A DNA stretch of 64,000 nucleotides from positions 13,830 to 77,829 of IMG/VR virus record IMGVR_UViG_3300021400_001324. One strand, 5' to 3'. Below the pieces are notes generated by a model, which searched no databases, was not told where the DNA came from, and was given only the letters and a program-made list of their open reading frames with translations. Of the stretch, positions 1 to 12,770 are shown in pieces; positions within the stretch are counted from its first letter, which is position 1; each line of letters starts with the position of its first letter. Both the position numbers and the translations under genes were made by a program. Source of the stretch: a virus. Taxonomy: Duplodnaviria > Caudoviricetes.

Positions 1-295
1 CCATACCTAATTGCTCAATAAGATATTGTTTTGTAGGAACTATGAACGATAGTACTTTATATCTACCGTCAGCTAAAGTTAAATCATAAACTTCACGTTG
101 ATATTTTCCATCAATTACGTGTATGGCTGAATGTTTATCTACAAGAGTTTCAGTACCATCTACATCAATCTTATAAATTAATGTAAATACACCAGAATCT
201 TCCCAAGTAGGATTATATAAAGTACTATTTTCAGGATAGTCTGTAATTGGCATCACTTGAATACTACAATTACATTTCTACTCAACTATTCTCAT
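1..295 (-). CDS. Hypothetical late protein, truncated by the window edge; one in-frame TAG
   Basis: ATG at 295: MRIVE*KCNCSIQVMPITDYPENS..., open to position 1 if TAG is sense; overlaps the upstream gene's stop. Confidence 0.7.
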
Positions 296-599
296 CTTTG
301 TTATAATCTAAGTTTTTAAAATACTTAATAACTGGCTTAAATACAGTGTCCCAACTTACTAAACTAGCAATAAAACTATATAATATCACATTTGAGTACT
401 ATCCATTATAACATATTATTCCACCTAAAAGCAATCCGCATATCACAGCTATTATACGTTTTACTGCTGTTGAGACACCTTTATTTGGGCCGTTAAGCTA
501 ATCTATAGTTTTTATAACTAGGTATGTTAATATGTTAACAGTTAACATATAACCGAAGTCAAAACTACCAAGAAGTAAGTCAATTATTTTTTCCATCAT
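282..599 (-). CDS. Small membrane protein (holin-like candidate), 105 aa, one TAG
   Basis: MMEKIIDLLLGSFDFGYMLTVNILTYLVIKTID*LNG...IAVICGLLLGGIIC...; 2-3 hydrophobic segments; ATGA overlap with the portal stop. Confidence 0.6.
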
Positions 600-2791
600 G
601 TAAATCTAACTGTATCGTTATAAGGATTACCGTCATAAAGCTGATTAAGTTCAATTTTAACTTTCTATTTATCAATTTCAGTTTGTCCTTCTTTATATGT
701 TCTATCAGTCTAAGCTTGATACCATCTAATTTCTTTATCAGTTTCAAGTTTAGCCTATTCTAGTTGTAACTTCTATTCGTTAAGTTGCTCTAGTTTTTGA
801 GACATCTACTAGTTCTACTATTGAAGTTGCTACATCTATTGTTGAGCCTATTCAAGTTGTTGTTGAAGTTGATTAATCTAGTCTATTTCAGCTTTCTTTT
901 TAGCCCATCCTTTTTTCATCATTTGTTTTAATTCAGTCATACTACGACAAGAAATAGCTTCAGCAGCCATATCTGGTTCTAGCATATTAGCCTATATCAT
1001 CTGTATAACTGTCTATCTCAACTATTCTAAATCTTTAAGAATTTGAGTTGAAGATATAATATGTATATCGTAATCTGTAACTGTAAAATATTCTGGAAGA
1101 ATTGTAAATACTTTCTATAAATGATCTCCAAGAATAATAGAACCAGTTAAGCCATTTTTCCACACAATTTTAGCCATATCAACACAATCAATCAGTATAT
1201 CAGTAACTAAAGTATCCATTTGTTGATAAAACGGTTTTGTAATCGTAAATGAATTTTTAGCTCCGGCTTCTATATTACTTACAGCATCACGCTACGTAAT
1301 TCCATTTAATCTTTCTCTAAATACACCTGTAATTGATGTTACTTGATTTTCAATACGTTCAAGAACTATTTCAAATGCTTGAATGGCTTGAACTTTTGTA
1401 GCATCATCAAATCCAGACATAAATGTATTGTTATTAAATCCTCTACCTTCTTGTGAAGAATCAATGAGAGCTGTACCACCTTTTTTATATGCTAACCATT
1501 TCTAGATACGTTCTGTCATATCGGAACCTAAAAATGCAGGAAGCATTGAAACATCGAGCCAATCTCCAATTGTACCACTATTAGCAAGAAGATTATCACG
1601 TAAGAAAATAGTTACATCATAACGATCTTGTAAAGTTGTACATTGTAAAACGAGACTTGTTGGTAAATTATCACGGTTCATCATAAATATACCACCTACT
1701 GATAACTTACAATGTCTTGGAGCATCTTGTGTTCTTACTACGTTTTGTGATAATCCAGTGGGAATATATATAGAATTACCTATACGTACACCCTCATATC
1801 GATTCTGGATATATTTTCCGTCTTGTTTATCTACATCAATCCATTCGACTTCAAATACAGGAAGCAATTTGTACATATAAGTTTCGTATCCATCAATTGG
1901 AAACCCAGGTACTACTCGTTTACCATTATCTAAATCTCCTTCCATTGGAGCATGAAGTAATGAATTATTATGGGTAGTAACGTACATAAAATTTCCATCT
2001 TCATAATGATTATGCATATCATTAAGTTCAGATATCGCATCACGAGTCATTCTATCACCATACTCTGCAAGAATTTGTTCTCTAGTCATCCATTTACGAA
2101 TAACTACTCGATAACTATCTTTAACGTATGGAGAATCTGGGTTTCTGTCTACAAATGTATTTAAGGGATTAAGACATTCAATAACTAAATTAGTACCTTC
2201 TGGTGAAGGTTTTGTACGATAAAAAGCACATCCAGCTATTAACAAGTCTTGGAGTAATATTCTTTTCTTATTTGCAAGATCGGTTACTCTAGATTGAGAT
2301 ACATAATCTATAACATTTTGTGCTGCTATTTCATACTCACTTATAAAATTGTTATCAATGTCTTCGATAAGTTTATTTATTTGCTAATCAATAGCTGGAT
2401 CTTTTAAATCTTTTCCATTTACAAAATCAAGAATTTGTTTATTTAAATCCTATTTATATAAATTAAAAAGTTGTCGTTTTATCTCAAGTAGTTTATCTCT
2501 ATTTATGTTAGTTAGAGTCTATTCATCTTTACAAGAAACTTTAGCAATTGTAGGTACGTCCAAATATTCACCAAGTAACGCATCTACATGTTTTTTAATC
2601 AGTGGTGTAAATTCAACTTGAGTTGGATTACCTATACCAAAGTTTTCTTCAAGATACCTAAACTATTCAGAATCTCGCCTACCATTATAGTAATTGTAAG
2701 CTTTCTATAACTTAAATTTATGATGGACGAGTTCATTAATAGCTTTGTCTACTTGTTCTATTACATATTCTTTACCCCTCGCAGCAGCCAC
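596..2791 (-). CDS. Portal protein (crAss-like), about 731 aa, TAG-recoded
   Basis: Reading through TAG gives L*KAYNYYNGRRDSE*FRYLEENFGIGNPTQVEFTPLIKKHVDALLGEY and GIT*RDAVSN, as I recall for crAss portals; contains track ORF 1502..2245; GTG start inferred; TGA stop. Confidence 0.85.
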
Positions 2792-3050
2792 GTGTAAAAT
2801 ATAATTTTTTTAATTCTGAAAATTCTATACTGTCCCAATGAATCTTTCGTAGTTCTTTACATATAAAATTAAGAAACTATTCTGCATTTCCATCAAATGC
2901 ACATTCATAAGGAATATCATTATGTCCAAAGCCTAACTATAATTTATAACCAGATTTAAGTTTAATTACTTTGATCATTCCAGTATATTCTTTTTCATAA
3001 ACGTTTTTAATAATATCCAAGACTGCTGATTCTAAGTCTTTCGTATCCAT
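2772..3050 (-). CDS. Conserved hypothetical protein between TerL and portal (2 TAG)
   Basis: MDTKDLESAVLDIIKNVYEKEYTG...; ends TAA; overlaps both neighbours. Confidence 0.65.
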
Positions 3051-5289
3051 AATATGAATCAACATCTATTATATTTGTGTCTATTGTAGCATTAACTTCA
3101 GTTGTGGGAGCTTTAGGAATTCTACCTTTATGAATAATTCCACGTTCATCTTTCCAATAACCAAAGTCCTCAAATTTATCTTGTTGTGAATCTATTTTTG
3201 GCTAAACAAACATTAATTCTTCATTAGCAAGAAATGCCATTTGCATAGCAGCTACAATATCGAATTTTCTTTTATTTTCATAAGAATATCTTGATAACTC
3301 ATCAAGGATTTCTTTAAACCAAATTTCACCACAATATTCGTCAATATAATCAGAGATCATATCGAGTCCGTGTGTAATTGTAGTTTCATTAGCTGGAGCA
3401 CCAAACTATCTACTTTTACCATTCTGTATATCAGATTGACAGGCTCTAGGTCTTCGCATTAAATAACGGTTTTCGCATTTTTTACTTCTAAAGAATTGAA
3501 GTAGAGATACACGAGTAGATTCAAGACAGGCTTTTGCATTATACCATTGTAATAATCTCAAACACATTATGTGTGCATCTCTAACTTTTTGTGGTCTATC
3601 TTTATAATAAGCTACAATTTGAGGAGGATGCATACCGTAAGCACGTCTAAGTATTACTACGCAGAAATCAGATGGGTCTTTATAACTAGCAGATGTATCT
3701 TCCTAACCTAAGTCGATACCGTCAATTCCACCAACATATAGATTAACTGGAACTTGTTTATCGTCATCTATTTTAGGGGCTTCTAATACATGAACTTTTC
3801 CACCTTGTTGTGGTACAAATTTTATACCTTCAATCATTTCATCAGTAACAATATTATCTTTAAATATGTATTCTAAAGTTCCATGCTAAATTGTAGGTAC
3901 ATCTTTACCATTCATAAGTATCCTAGCCATCTATTCTGCAATAAGTGCCTAGTCGAATTGGTTTTCACCTTCAAGAGCAAACGCTTCTTCTGCTGTAAAA
4001 CAGTGCTCAGCACATTCGCGTTTATACTCTTTTGGCATACTTAATAGATTATTTCGAGTTAAATTTCTAAACTTTTTAACTTCCTATCTATCAACTACAC
4101 CTCTATCATCAATAAATCGTATATATTTACCTTCTTCTGGTTCATATCCGTCTTTCAAAATAAAGTCAGCTGCGGATACAAAAAATCCTGATAATTTGTA
4201 TTCACCACTATCAAAATTATTATGTCTATATGGAAGGACATTGAATGCAACGGGATTATAAAACATATCTCTTAACTAATCCACTGATTTCATATCACCG
4301 CCTGTTCCAAAACACAATCTTGTACCTATTTTATTACCGCCGACTTCTACAAGAGCGTTACCTTTAATGTAAGTTTCTTTTAAAATAGGATTAGAACCAG
4401 CTTCTTCAAATATTAACAAATCTATACGATCACCACGAAGCTTACTAGACTAGTCTATGACCAATCCTTCTATATCAGAATTCCAAGAGTTTGGTAACTC
4501 TTCACGTTGTTTATTTATTTTCGATGCTTTTTTGTGAAAGGCCGTATTCATTTTCTAACGAACATGTCTCATACCGCCTTCTGTATCAGCATTTAAATAG
4601 TCTAACTATAACCAAGCTTTCTTTAATGAGTCAGATACGAATTTTTCTGTTGCTGCAATTACTACATTGTGAGTATTACGTCTAGTTGAATAATTATTAA
4701 CTAACAAGCTAGCTCCAATTTCCGAGAATCCTACGGCACGACTTTTAACGGCCAATACATCTCGTTTTAGTATTTGAGCCATCTCTATATAATGAAAATA
4801 TTCGTACTGCTTATCAACAAAAGCTGGAAATATTAAACCTCTACCCTACCCTGCTTTTTTAACATCAGTATCGGGTAGTCTATAATAATTTAAAAAGAAA
4901 TAGTGATCTCCAGTAATTCTATAACCATTAACGCTCATACCATTATTACATCGATCATATTCCTTTTTCCAAAAATCCATATAAGCTTTAGTACCTTGTG
5001 GGTATGAACAGTATTTACCTGTTTGTAATTTAACCTCTCTAGCTTCTGTAAACCACTCTGGTTTAAAATCTAAACCTTTAGTTTTAGTTAATGGTCTATA
5101 GCCAGTCAATTCATAAGACAAGTCAGAATCAAAATAATCAATTTTATCATTTAATTTAACATCCCAAGTTACTACATCTTTATTAAATAAAGATTCTCTT
5201 AAAGCTTGTATATTATTATCAAGTGCTTGCTACTAGAGTTTATCCTAATTTATTTTTAAAGTAGGATTCTATTTCTTTTTACGAGGCAT
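3007..5289 (-). CDS. terL: Terminase large subunit, 760 aa, TAG-recoded
   Basis: VKSRAVGFSEIG (Walker A-like), LRGDRIDLLIFEEAG (Walker B), GGIDGIDLG (nuclease); track ORFs 3406, 4084 and 4846 lie in this reading path and are joined only by TAG. Confidence 0.9.
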
Positions 5290-5627
5290 TATTTTCTTTT
5301 TGGTCTTACATCAAGCCTCCATGTAGGTCTTTGATCTTCATTAGTTGGAGTATCCTACTCTTTAGTATATTTTCTATTACCTCTACTATCAAAACGTTCA
5401 GGATGATTCTTTTTTTCTTCTTGAAGTTTCCTAATCTATTGTTCTCGTTCTTGTTTTAATTTAGCATTTTGCTAAACTTGTTTGAATTTATTGCCGGCTT
5501 GCATTTTAGCTCCACCACAATCTTTTTTCATTTTAGTCTTACCTCCACATTTGTACTATTGTAGATCACTATCTGTAATACCTGCAATTTGCGAGGCAAA
5601 TTCGTACATTTCTTCGTTTGAAATCAT
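5289..5627 (-). CDS. Basic hypothetical protein with K-x-GG repeats, TAG-recoded
   Basis: MISNEEMYEFASQIAG...YKCGGKTKMKKDCGGAKMQAG...; ends TAA. Confidence 0.65.
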
Positions 5628-5638
5628 AATTATAAATA

Positions 5639-6217
5639 TTAATCAAAAGCACCAATTTCTACATCACCCATAAGACCATTACTGTCTTGTTCTAGCTCTT
5701 TCTTATATAGAATTTCAAGTGCTTTAAGTTGTTCTATTACATCTGAAACACCTTTCATTTCTGCCATTACATCTTTAACTTTAAATACAGGCTTTCCATT
5801 TGGATCACGTTCATCTAAATCAATAATGGTATCGAAATAATCGGTGATTTTATCTACTGTACCTTTAGCAGCATTTATAAGTCTAAGTATTCTAGAGGAA
5901 TTCTGAAGTTCTCGATATTTACGACAAGCTGCTCTAAATTCTGGATTGTTCCATTCTTCCTCTGTTAGATGTGCATCCTCTAAACAAGCTCGATGTCTTT
6001 CTTGTTCATCATAATCTGAATAAGGACTAGCCCAATCTAACATTAACCATATATAAGTTAATTCTCTATATGCTCGTAGACGTTTTCCTCCAGTTTTATC
6101 CTCTTTACATTCATTTCTCTTCTTATCCCATAACGCTGCAAATTCTTTTATTATAAGAACTTCAGGTTCATTAATAGTTATTTCATTAGTCGCATTATCA
6201 AAGAGGAAAAATTTCAT
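5639..6217 (-). CDS. Conserved crAss-like hypothetical protein upstream of terL (TerS candidate by position only)
   Basis: Intact 192-aa helical ORF in the packaging operon. Confidence 0.7.
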   Translation of the reverse strand: MKFFLFDNATNEITINEPEVLIIKEFAALWDKKRNECKEDKTGGKRLRAYRELTYIWLMLDWASPYSDYDEQERHRACLEDAHLTEEEWNNPEFRAACRKYRELQNSSRILRLINAAKGTVDKITDYFDTIIDLDERDPNGKPVFKVKDVMAEMKGVSDVIEQLKALEILYKKELEQDSNGLMGDVEIGAFD

Positions 6218-6220
6218 ACA

Positions 6221-6895
6221 TTATTGGTTTTGCATCCAGGTTGGCTAATAACCTGTAAATCTATTACGTTTGTTATTATTTATAAACTACTATGCCTATA
6301 GTTCAGTATTAGCTTTCATATTTGCCATAGCCAAATCATTCTAAGCTCCTGCCATAGCAATCTAAGCGTTATTGTTACTATTGTTTATGTCTCGCATAGT
6401 ATCAAGATATTTTTTTTGCTTCTTCCAATCGTACATCGCAGTTATACCATTACCTACTGCTTCTGCTGTAGCTTGTGCAGCTTGTGCCCAATTAAAACCT
6501 CCTCCAGTTTGTTTTTTCTAAATTCCACCGTCTTTAAAATAAGAAGTTGTAGGAATCGCACCTTTATCAAACTTCTTGCCCTTCTCACATTTCTTACATT
6601 TGCCACCTTTTTTCATATAGCCTTCAGGACAAGCATTGTTAAGAGCTTTAATTCTATTTAGCTTAGCTCCCCTTGCTGCTTTTTGAGACTAACTTAAGGC
6701 TTTAATAACCCCATCAATACCCGCTTGTTTCCAAATCTAAAAAAGCTATTGTATTATCTTAGGCTATTCTTTAGCTAATTGCTATAGTTTTGTTTCAGTA
6801 TCTTCTCCAAATAACTGATTCTATATTATTTCTTGAGCGAACTGATTTAGTTCATTTTGGGATGATGCTCCACCCTGTTGATATTTTTTAATCAT
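6221..6895 (-). CDS. Gln-rich hypothetical (probable virion) protein, heavily TAG-recoded
   Basis: Starts MIKKYQQGG; CPEGYMKKGGKCKKC; more than 10 in-frame TAG; ends TAA. Confidence 0.7.
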
Positions 6896-7107
6896 ATTTT
6901 AATTAAATCTTTAGTTGAAAATACAGCTTCCTAAAGAAATCCGTCTTTAGTAAACCATCTACATCTCATACCCTTAAACTATTCAGATTTATCTGACATT
7001 CTAAAGGCCATAGTTTCCTTACCTATTACTAACATTGTAGGTTTATTAGGAAGTTCCTGGCGAACTGTTACTAGCTCACCAGGAACAAAATATACTTTAT
7101 CTTCCAT
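6892..7107 (-). CDS. Small YodC/DUF2158-like protein (2 TAG)
   Basis: YFVPGELVTVRQELPNKPTMLV...RCRWFTKDGFL*EAVFSTKDL. Confidence 0.6.
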
Positions 7108-7108
7108 A

Positions 7109-7783
7109 TTACTTATCATTTTCTACAGGTTTACATACGAGTCCTAACTTCTTAAGTTTAGTATAGTTTTCAACTTTCTCTGCGTTAGTTTTACCTAAGA
7201 AATCAGGAAGTTCTGCTATGTCAACCAATCCATTATTAATTTTTTCGAAACGCTCTTTTACACCAGCGTTAATTACTACATGAATTTGATGTTCAGAAAC
7301 AACATACAATCCTTGTCCAAAGAATGGAACAGGAACTTGACAAGCCTCACGATAGTAAACAACATCACCAGGTCTCACATACTTAACCATTGGTCCAACC
7401 TCAATGACATCTGCTTGAGTTGAAAGGTTATATTCCTTATCTTCTTCTCCAGTATCTGGGTTTTTAAATGAACCGTCATATACTGGAATAATAATACCGT
7501 TTTCTTCACGCATAGCTTCAAACGGATTCTCTGCATAAGGTCTTACAAGAATATAGCTGTTTGCAGGAATAATTTCCATATCTTTTGCTTTTTCAGCAAC
7601 TTCTTTACCTTTTGCAAGTTTTCTATCAATCTCTGCTTTTACGGCTTCAGTTTTCTTATTTACTTCTTTATTAAAACTTTCGACAGCTTGTTTTTTAGTG
7701 GCTTCATCAAGAGTTTGTGCATTCGCAAAACTTACTGCCGTGTCTCCTCCAAAAAAATTCATTTTTCCATTTTCCATAATCAT
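7109..7783 (-). CDS. GroES/Cpn10-like co-chaperonin domain protein
   Basis: ILVRPYAENP...VIEVGPMVKYVRPGDVVYY resembles the GroES fold signature. Confidence 0.65.
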   Translation of the reverse strand: MIMENGKMNFFGGDTAVSFANAQTLDEATKKQAVESFNKEVNKKTEAVKAEIDRKLAKGKEVAEKAKDMEIIPANSYILVRPYAENPFEAMREENGIIIPVYDGSFKNPDTGEEDKEYNLSTQADVIEVGPMVKYVRPGDVVYYREACQVPVPFFGQGLYVVSEHQIHVVINAGVKERFEKINNGLVDIAELPDFLGKTNAEKVENYTKLKKLGLVCKPVENDK

Positions 7784-7794
7784 TTACATTTTAA

Positions 7795-9624
7795 TTATTG
7801 TACAGTTGTATATCTATCTTTATATACGTATCCTACTTGTCTTCCAAGTGAATCATATAGTTTGTATAATTTTATATTAGTTCCGTATTCAGTACTAGTT
7901 AATGCATAGAACTAATGATTAGTTGTCGTTAAAGGTTCAGGTAAAGTATTTACATAATGGATATTACTTAAATATCTTTGATGTGGAGTTAAAATTAAAG
8001 CATTTGTGGCATTTGAAGAAACTCCGTTATGTAAAATATGGGCATCATCTTCTACAGATATTTCTGCATCAAAAACAACTTTATCTCTAAATGTTATACC
8101 ATAATAAACTTCAGGATCACTAATTAAAGATACTCCAGTAGTTTTAGTTTCTGTAAAACGTACCATATCTATTTGTATATTAGAGCATTTCGAAAAACTT
8201 AAGGTTTCTCCGAATAATTTATCTATACAATACATGTGGACATTATGACAATTTGTGAACTAAAAAACTTTACTTTTAGCATCGTTTAAATGTGCAGTTA
8301 TTTTATTTGCATCTGTAGTAGATCCTATGTATATATCATTAGTATTAACGTGTGTTGTTATACTACCTCCACGCATTCGATAAATATTAAACACATGATT
8401 AAAATATCCATCAGTTGCATCTAGTGTGATTTTATTCTCACTAAATGAATTTCCCGTTCTATTGTCTACAGTTATTCCATCCTTTAGTTTAGTAGTATCT
8501 AACATTGTATCTAACTATCCCATAATCCCTATATGTAAGGTATTACTGTTAAAATAACTATTACTCTATTTTAAATGTATGTATACAGGATAATAATTAT
8601 TATTGAGGCTTCTAATATCTATTTTATTAGCTAATCCTGCAGCTTTACCATTCGATCCTTGAATAGGATCGAAATCTGGGCATAAAGTAGACAACATAAC
8701 TCTGTCGGTAATCACTACTCCATATTCAAATCCAGACACACTTCCGATTGTTATTAAATTTTTATTAAAAATTTGTCCAAATACAATACCGCATCCTTTT
8801 CCCATGTGATTAATGGTAGCGCCTCCAGTTCTATCATTGTCTTCTTTTACGACATTATGTATATGAATTCTATTTGCATTTAACGTGCCTATCTATAAAA
8901 ACCCTATAGAAGAATCAGATGTATTTCTAACATATATTGTGCCATTGATTTCCAACACACCTACAGAAAAAGAAACAACGTATACTACAGGCCCAACTAA
9001 GCTTTCATCGCCAATTAAGTTACCGTTAATTATAATTTTTCTTCTCAAATCTTGAGGCCCAGAAGCTCCGTTATATTCCCAAAAAGTCTCTGATGCTCCT
9101 GTTGGATAACTTAAGCCAAAGGCTTCATATCTGCTAGTTTCTGTTTCCGCCTCGACAATACGTATAGGTGTACTTTTAATTCTATAAAACGATTGTCCTA
9201 AGAATACAGTATTTCTATGTGCTGCTTTAATGCAGCTATTTATTGCAGGAGCATCGTCTGTAATTCCATCGCCAACAGCTCCCCACCATTCTGGATATAA
9301 GATTGGATTTTTCAATAAAGCTTTAATTGTACCTGTCCCAAAGATTTTATGCATTCCTGCTTCTATCTCTAAAGGAGTTTCACAATCAATAACACAATTA
9401 TTTCCAAATCGTCCGTTTCTTGTAAATTTTAATACACAATTATTTCCAACAAGAAAAGTTGTTCTGGGCATAGGGTTAATAAACGTATCTATAATATATA
9501 TCTTATCATTTTCCTCAAACATAGATGAAGATATTGAGGTATCCTAATTAATTAATACTTCATTATCGTGCCATTGAGGATATGTCTATTTTAAATTTGA
9601 ATAATGTTTTTGTAATTCGTCCAT
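7795..9624 (-). CDS. Beta-helix tailspike / polysaccharide depolymerase-like protein, 609 aa, TAG-recoded
   Basis: WWGAVGDGITDDAPAINSCI (pectate-lyase-3-type start); track ORFs 8893, 8566, 8260 and 7912 are in one frame and joined by TAG. Confidence 0.75.
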
Positions 9625-9633
9625 TTTTTAATA

Positions 9634-9903
9634 TTACCATTTACCCACAGGGCAATGAGTGTAAGTTAAACGTGTTTTTGCCTGAAGTCTACATCCACAA
9701 CCTGATTTGTATCCAGGTTTTTTAGTTTCAGATACTTCTCCAGTAATCGTATCTAAATAGAGCCTACTATTACACACTGGCCCCATAGCTGTTTGTTTAT
9801 ATAATGGACACTCTCGGCAAATATCCATTCTTTGTTCAAAAATATCTTGATTTTTACCGAGAGCTTCTTTTACATGTCCGTCAATTATTGCTTTTAATCC
9901 CAT
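9634..9903 (-). CDS. Small Cys-rich (Zn-binding) protein
   Basis: RMDICRECPL...CNSRL...CGCRLQAK...CPVGKW. Confidence 0.75.
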   Translation of the reverse strand: MGLKAIIDGHVKEALGKNQDIFEQRMDICRECPLYKQTAMGPVCNSRLYLDTITGEVSETKKPGYKSGCGCRLQAKTRLTYTHCPVGKW

Positions 9904-9960
9904 ATTTCTATACTTAATTTTAACGTCTGAATTATTATCGAATTCTAGTCCCGCTCTTAC

Positions 9961-10884
9961 TCAAAATTCTATGGGTTTACGAGCATTTTTTCTTTTTTCT
10001 AGAATGATTGATTTTTTATAATCTTTAAGCATTCGTTCTACTTCATTTTTAAGATAAGGTACCTCATGTTCAGTAACACTACCATCATGAGCATAATGTA
10101 TTAAATTTAACTTCCTGATTTTAAGTTTTGGATCTAATTTTTGTACCATCCAAGCATAAGTAGAAAGTTGCATAGCATAATGCATCATATTACAATCCAT
10201 TAAGTTGTTTAAAGGATATTTCATCATATCAAATTTCTTTAATTGAGGATTATAGTATGATTTTTCATCTAACTTCTTGTTTGTCTTATAATCGTGGATT
10301 TCTACACAATTTCCATCTTTAATTAATAAATCCACTTGCCCAGCTATCTTTAAAATACCGTCATCAGATTGTCTAAAGATTAAATATTCTGGAAACACTC
10401 CGTTTTCAATATCTAATAAGCTTATTCCAGAATTTTCTAAAGTTTGATTTGTATTTACTAAAAATTTTCCTCCGATTCCAAACTTTTTTAAATCGGTTGT
10501 TTTTTTACTTGTGAACATGTTTTCTAAATCTGCGTGAATCTTAGTTCCACGTTCACAAGCTGTTTCGTTTTCTTTTTGCCAACCATCAAGAACTGCTTGT
10601 TGTTCTCGATTAAAATCGTTCTCAGTAATACCATACATATCAATATAGTATTTAAGTTCTATCTTTTTAGTATCGAGCAACATCTTCTTTTCCATTTTAA
10701 AATCTTCTTTACTGAGCAATTTCTCTAAAGCTTTATACCCAGACCAGAACTCTTTGTCAAATGGTTGACAATACTTTCCAATTAATGTTGTTACACTTAT
10801 GTATTTACCATTATCATCCCAGTATAAATGTTCTTCATCATTATACTTTACATCACCATTTTGTTTATCAATTTTCATAATCAT
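9961..10884 (-). CDS. PD-(D/E)xK (Cas4/RecB-like) nuclease
   Basis: GQVDLLIKDGNCVEIHDYKTN and HYAMQLSTYAW motifs. Confidence 0.8.
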   Translation of the reverse strand: MIMKIDKQNGDVKYNDEEHLYWDDNGKYISVTTLIGKYCQPFDKEFWSGYKALEKLLSKEDFKMEKKMLLDTKKIELKYYIDMYGITENDFNREQQAVLDGWQKENETACERGTKIHADLENMFTSKKTTDLKKFGIGGKFLVNTNQTLENSGISLLDIENGVFPEYLIFRQSDDGILKIAGQVDLLIKDGNCVEIHDYKTNKKLDEKSYYNPQLKKFDMMKYPLNNLMDCNMMHYAMQLSTYAWMVQKLDPKLKIRKLNLIHYAHDGSVTEHEVPYLKNEVERMLKDYKKSIILEKRKNARKPIEF

Positions 10885-11564
10885 TTAATTCCATGAACAT
10901 AATTATAATCTAGTAGAACAGCTAAAGGCTATATATTTGGAGCTATAGCTTTTCTAATATTATCTAATGTTAATTCCGAAAGTTCTTGTTTATAAAGAAC
11001 AACTAACATACCTACGGATCCATCCACTCCGATAATCGGATAAAAAACTGCTGAAGCTGCGTTACTTCGTTCTAATAAATAAGTAAACTTCGGATATTCT
11101 TCTCTAAATATCTATACGTTGTGCATCAATAAACACCTGCGCATTGTTATTTTTTGAATTTCTTCTCCATAATTCATATAATCTAATTCCTTCCAGTAAT
11201 CAATACAAGGACTAGATTCCTAAAAACTTTCACATAACCCTGTTAAATATCTATAAGATAATCCATGAGAACTAGTTAAGGTGTTATGATAATTTAGTAA
11301 TAGTACATTTGTAGCTTTTTCATCTTGAGTTAAAATATCTTCAAGGATGTCATGAACTCTAGGAGTTATTTCTATTGTATACTATTCTCGATCTTGTTTA
11401 GCTTTAGTCTCACGCTATATTTCTTGTCTAAACATATCCGCTATTCCATCTTTATTACATTGAAATAGGACAACTCCCATTAAAAATATAATAAGGAAAC
11501 GTAAAAAATCTGGAGATAGCTTTGTGAGCCACTCCCAAATAATTTTTAAATTTGATAAATTCAT
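10881..11564 (-). CDS. Single-TM protein with a C-terminal soluble domain; putative holin; 5 TAG
   Basis: N-terminal FLIIFLMGVVLF helix, then LNYHNTLTSSHGLSYRYL...; architecture like T4 T holin (inference); missing from the ORF track. Confidence 0.5.
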
Positions 11565-11749
11565 TGTATCTTATTCTACATATTTAGCTATGTATTGTTT
11601 ATAATTATTAAGTCGTGCTATTAATTTTATCAAAAGTTATTTATTGCACACTTATCTATTTGTTTATACACAAAAATATTAATAATTTTATTGACTAACA
11701 AGTAAATAACGAAGAAGATAAATTTTATAAATCTAAACATATATAATCT

Positions 11750-12067
11750 ATGAACTTTTATAGTATAAACACTTTTTAGCACATTCCGTATTTTAAAAAC
11801 GGACATAAAATACATATAAAGAAAAGTAATCGTGGTAAGTTTACAGAATATTGTAATGGTAAGGTTACAGACGAATGTATTTAGAGAGGAAAGAATAGTA
11901 AAGATCCAAAAATTAGGAAAAGAGCCACTTTTGCAGCAAACGCAAGACGCTGGTCTAAAAAAGATGGAGGAACATTTAGTTTAAATATGCATTCTCCAGC
12001 TGTTTTCCCTGAAGTTACTTAGATGACCAATCATTGGTATGCAATAAAAAAGAAGTATGTTAAATGA
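11750..12067 (+). CDS. Basic hypothetical protein (IHIKxxNRGKFT family), TAG-recoded
   Basis: HIPYFKNGHKIHIKKSNRGKFTEYCNGKVTDECI*RGKNSKDPKIRKRATFAANARRW. Confidence 0.65.
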
Positions 12068-12770
12068 TAAGTTAGTAAAATTCAATAACATAGAATCTTA
12101 GAATTTAAATTTCATTCTAAATCTCCCAGAGCAATTATTAGATAATACTTATATTAATCCTTATTCAAACGTGAGTCTACAAATACCTGATGGACTTGGA
12201 TTTCTTGATACAGTGTTAAAACAAGAAGACTTTGATGTTAGTGAAGAATAGAATGTTAAAAATGAGTCTCCAATAAACAACATAAAGAAAAACGTAAAAA
12301 AGTATGTTAAAAATTGGTTAATGAAAAATCAAGGATTATCTAATGAACAAGCATCTGCACTAACTGGAGTATGGTGGGCTGAATCTCATCTTAATCCTGG
12401 AATTCACGAAGTTGGTAAAGAGAATAATCCTTATGCTGGAAAAGGTATTGCACAATGGACAGGTAGATAGAGATAGAAACATGCAGAAGATATATATAAA
12501 CAAATATATGGTAAATCTAAGTCTATAAAGGAAATGTCTTTAGATGAACAATTAAACGTTGCTATTACTGAATTTAAAGAACGTGGTACTTGGCAACAAT
12601 TCTTAAATGCTAAAGATATTAAAACAGCAACTGATGTCGTATGGAGAGGTTATGAAAATGGGTACAACACCTTAGCTTCTCATGAATCAATGAAGAAAAC
12701 TTATGGTAAAAATTATAATAAGCAATGGACTGATAGATTTAGATTTGCTCAAGAAATAAGTAGAATATAA
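12057..12770 (+). CDS. Phage-tail-lysozyme-like muramidase, TAG-recoded
   Basis: ALTGVWWAESHLNP...GKGIAQWTGR*R; includes track ORF 12534..12770 in frame. Confidence 0.7.

Noticed and set aside
3007-5289. Intron or intein in terL or portal
   Set aside because: Both are continuous ORFs of ordinary size with no intein or group I motifs seen
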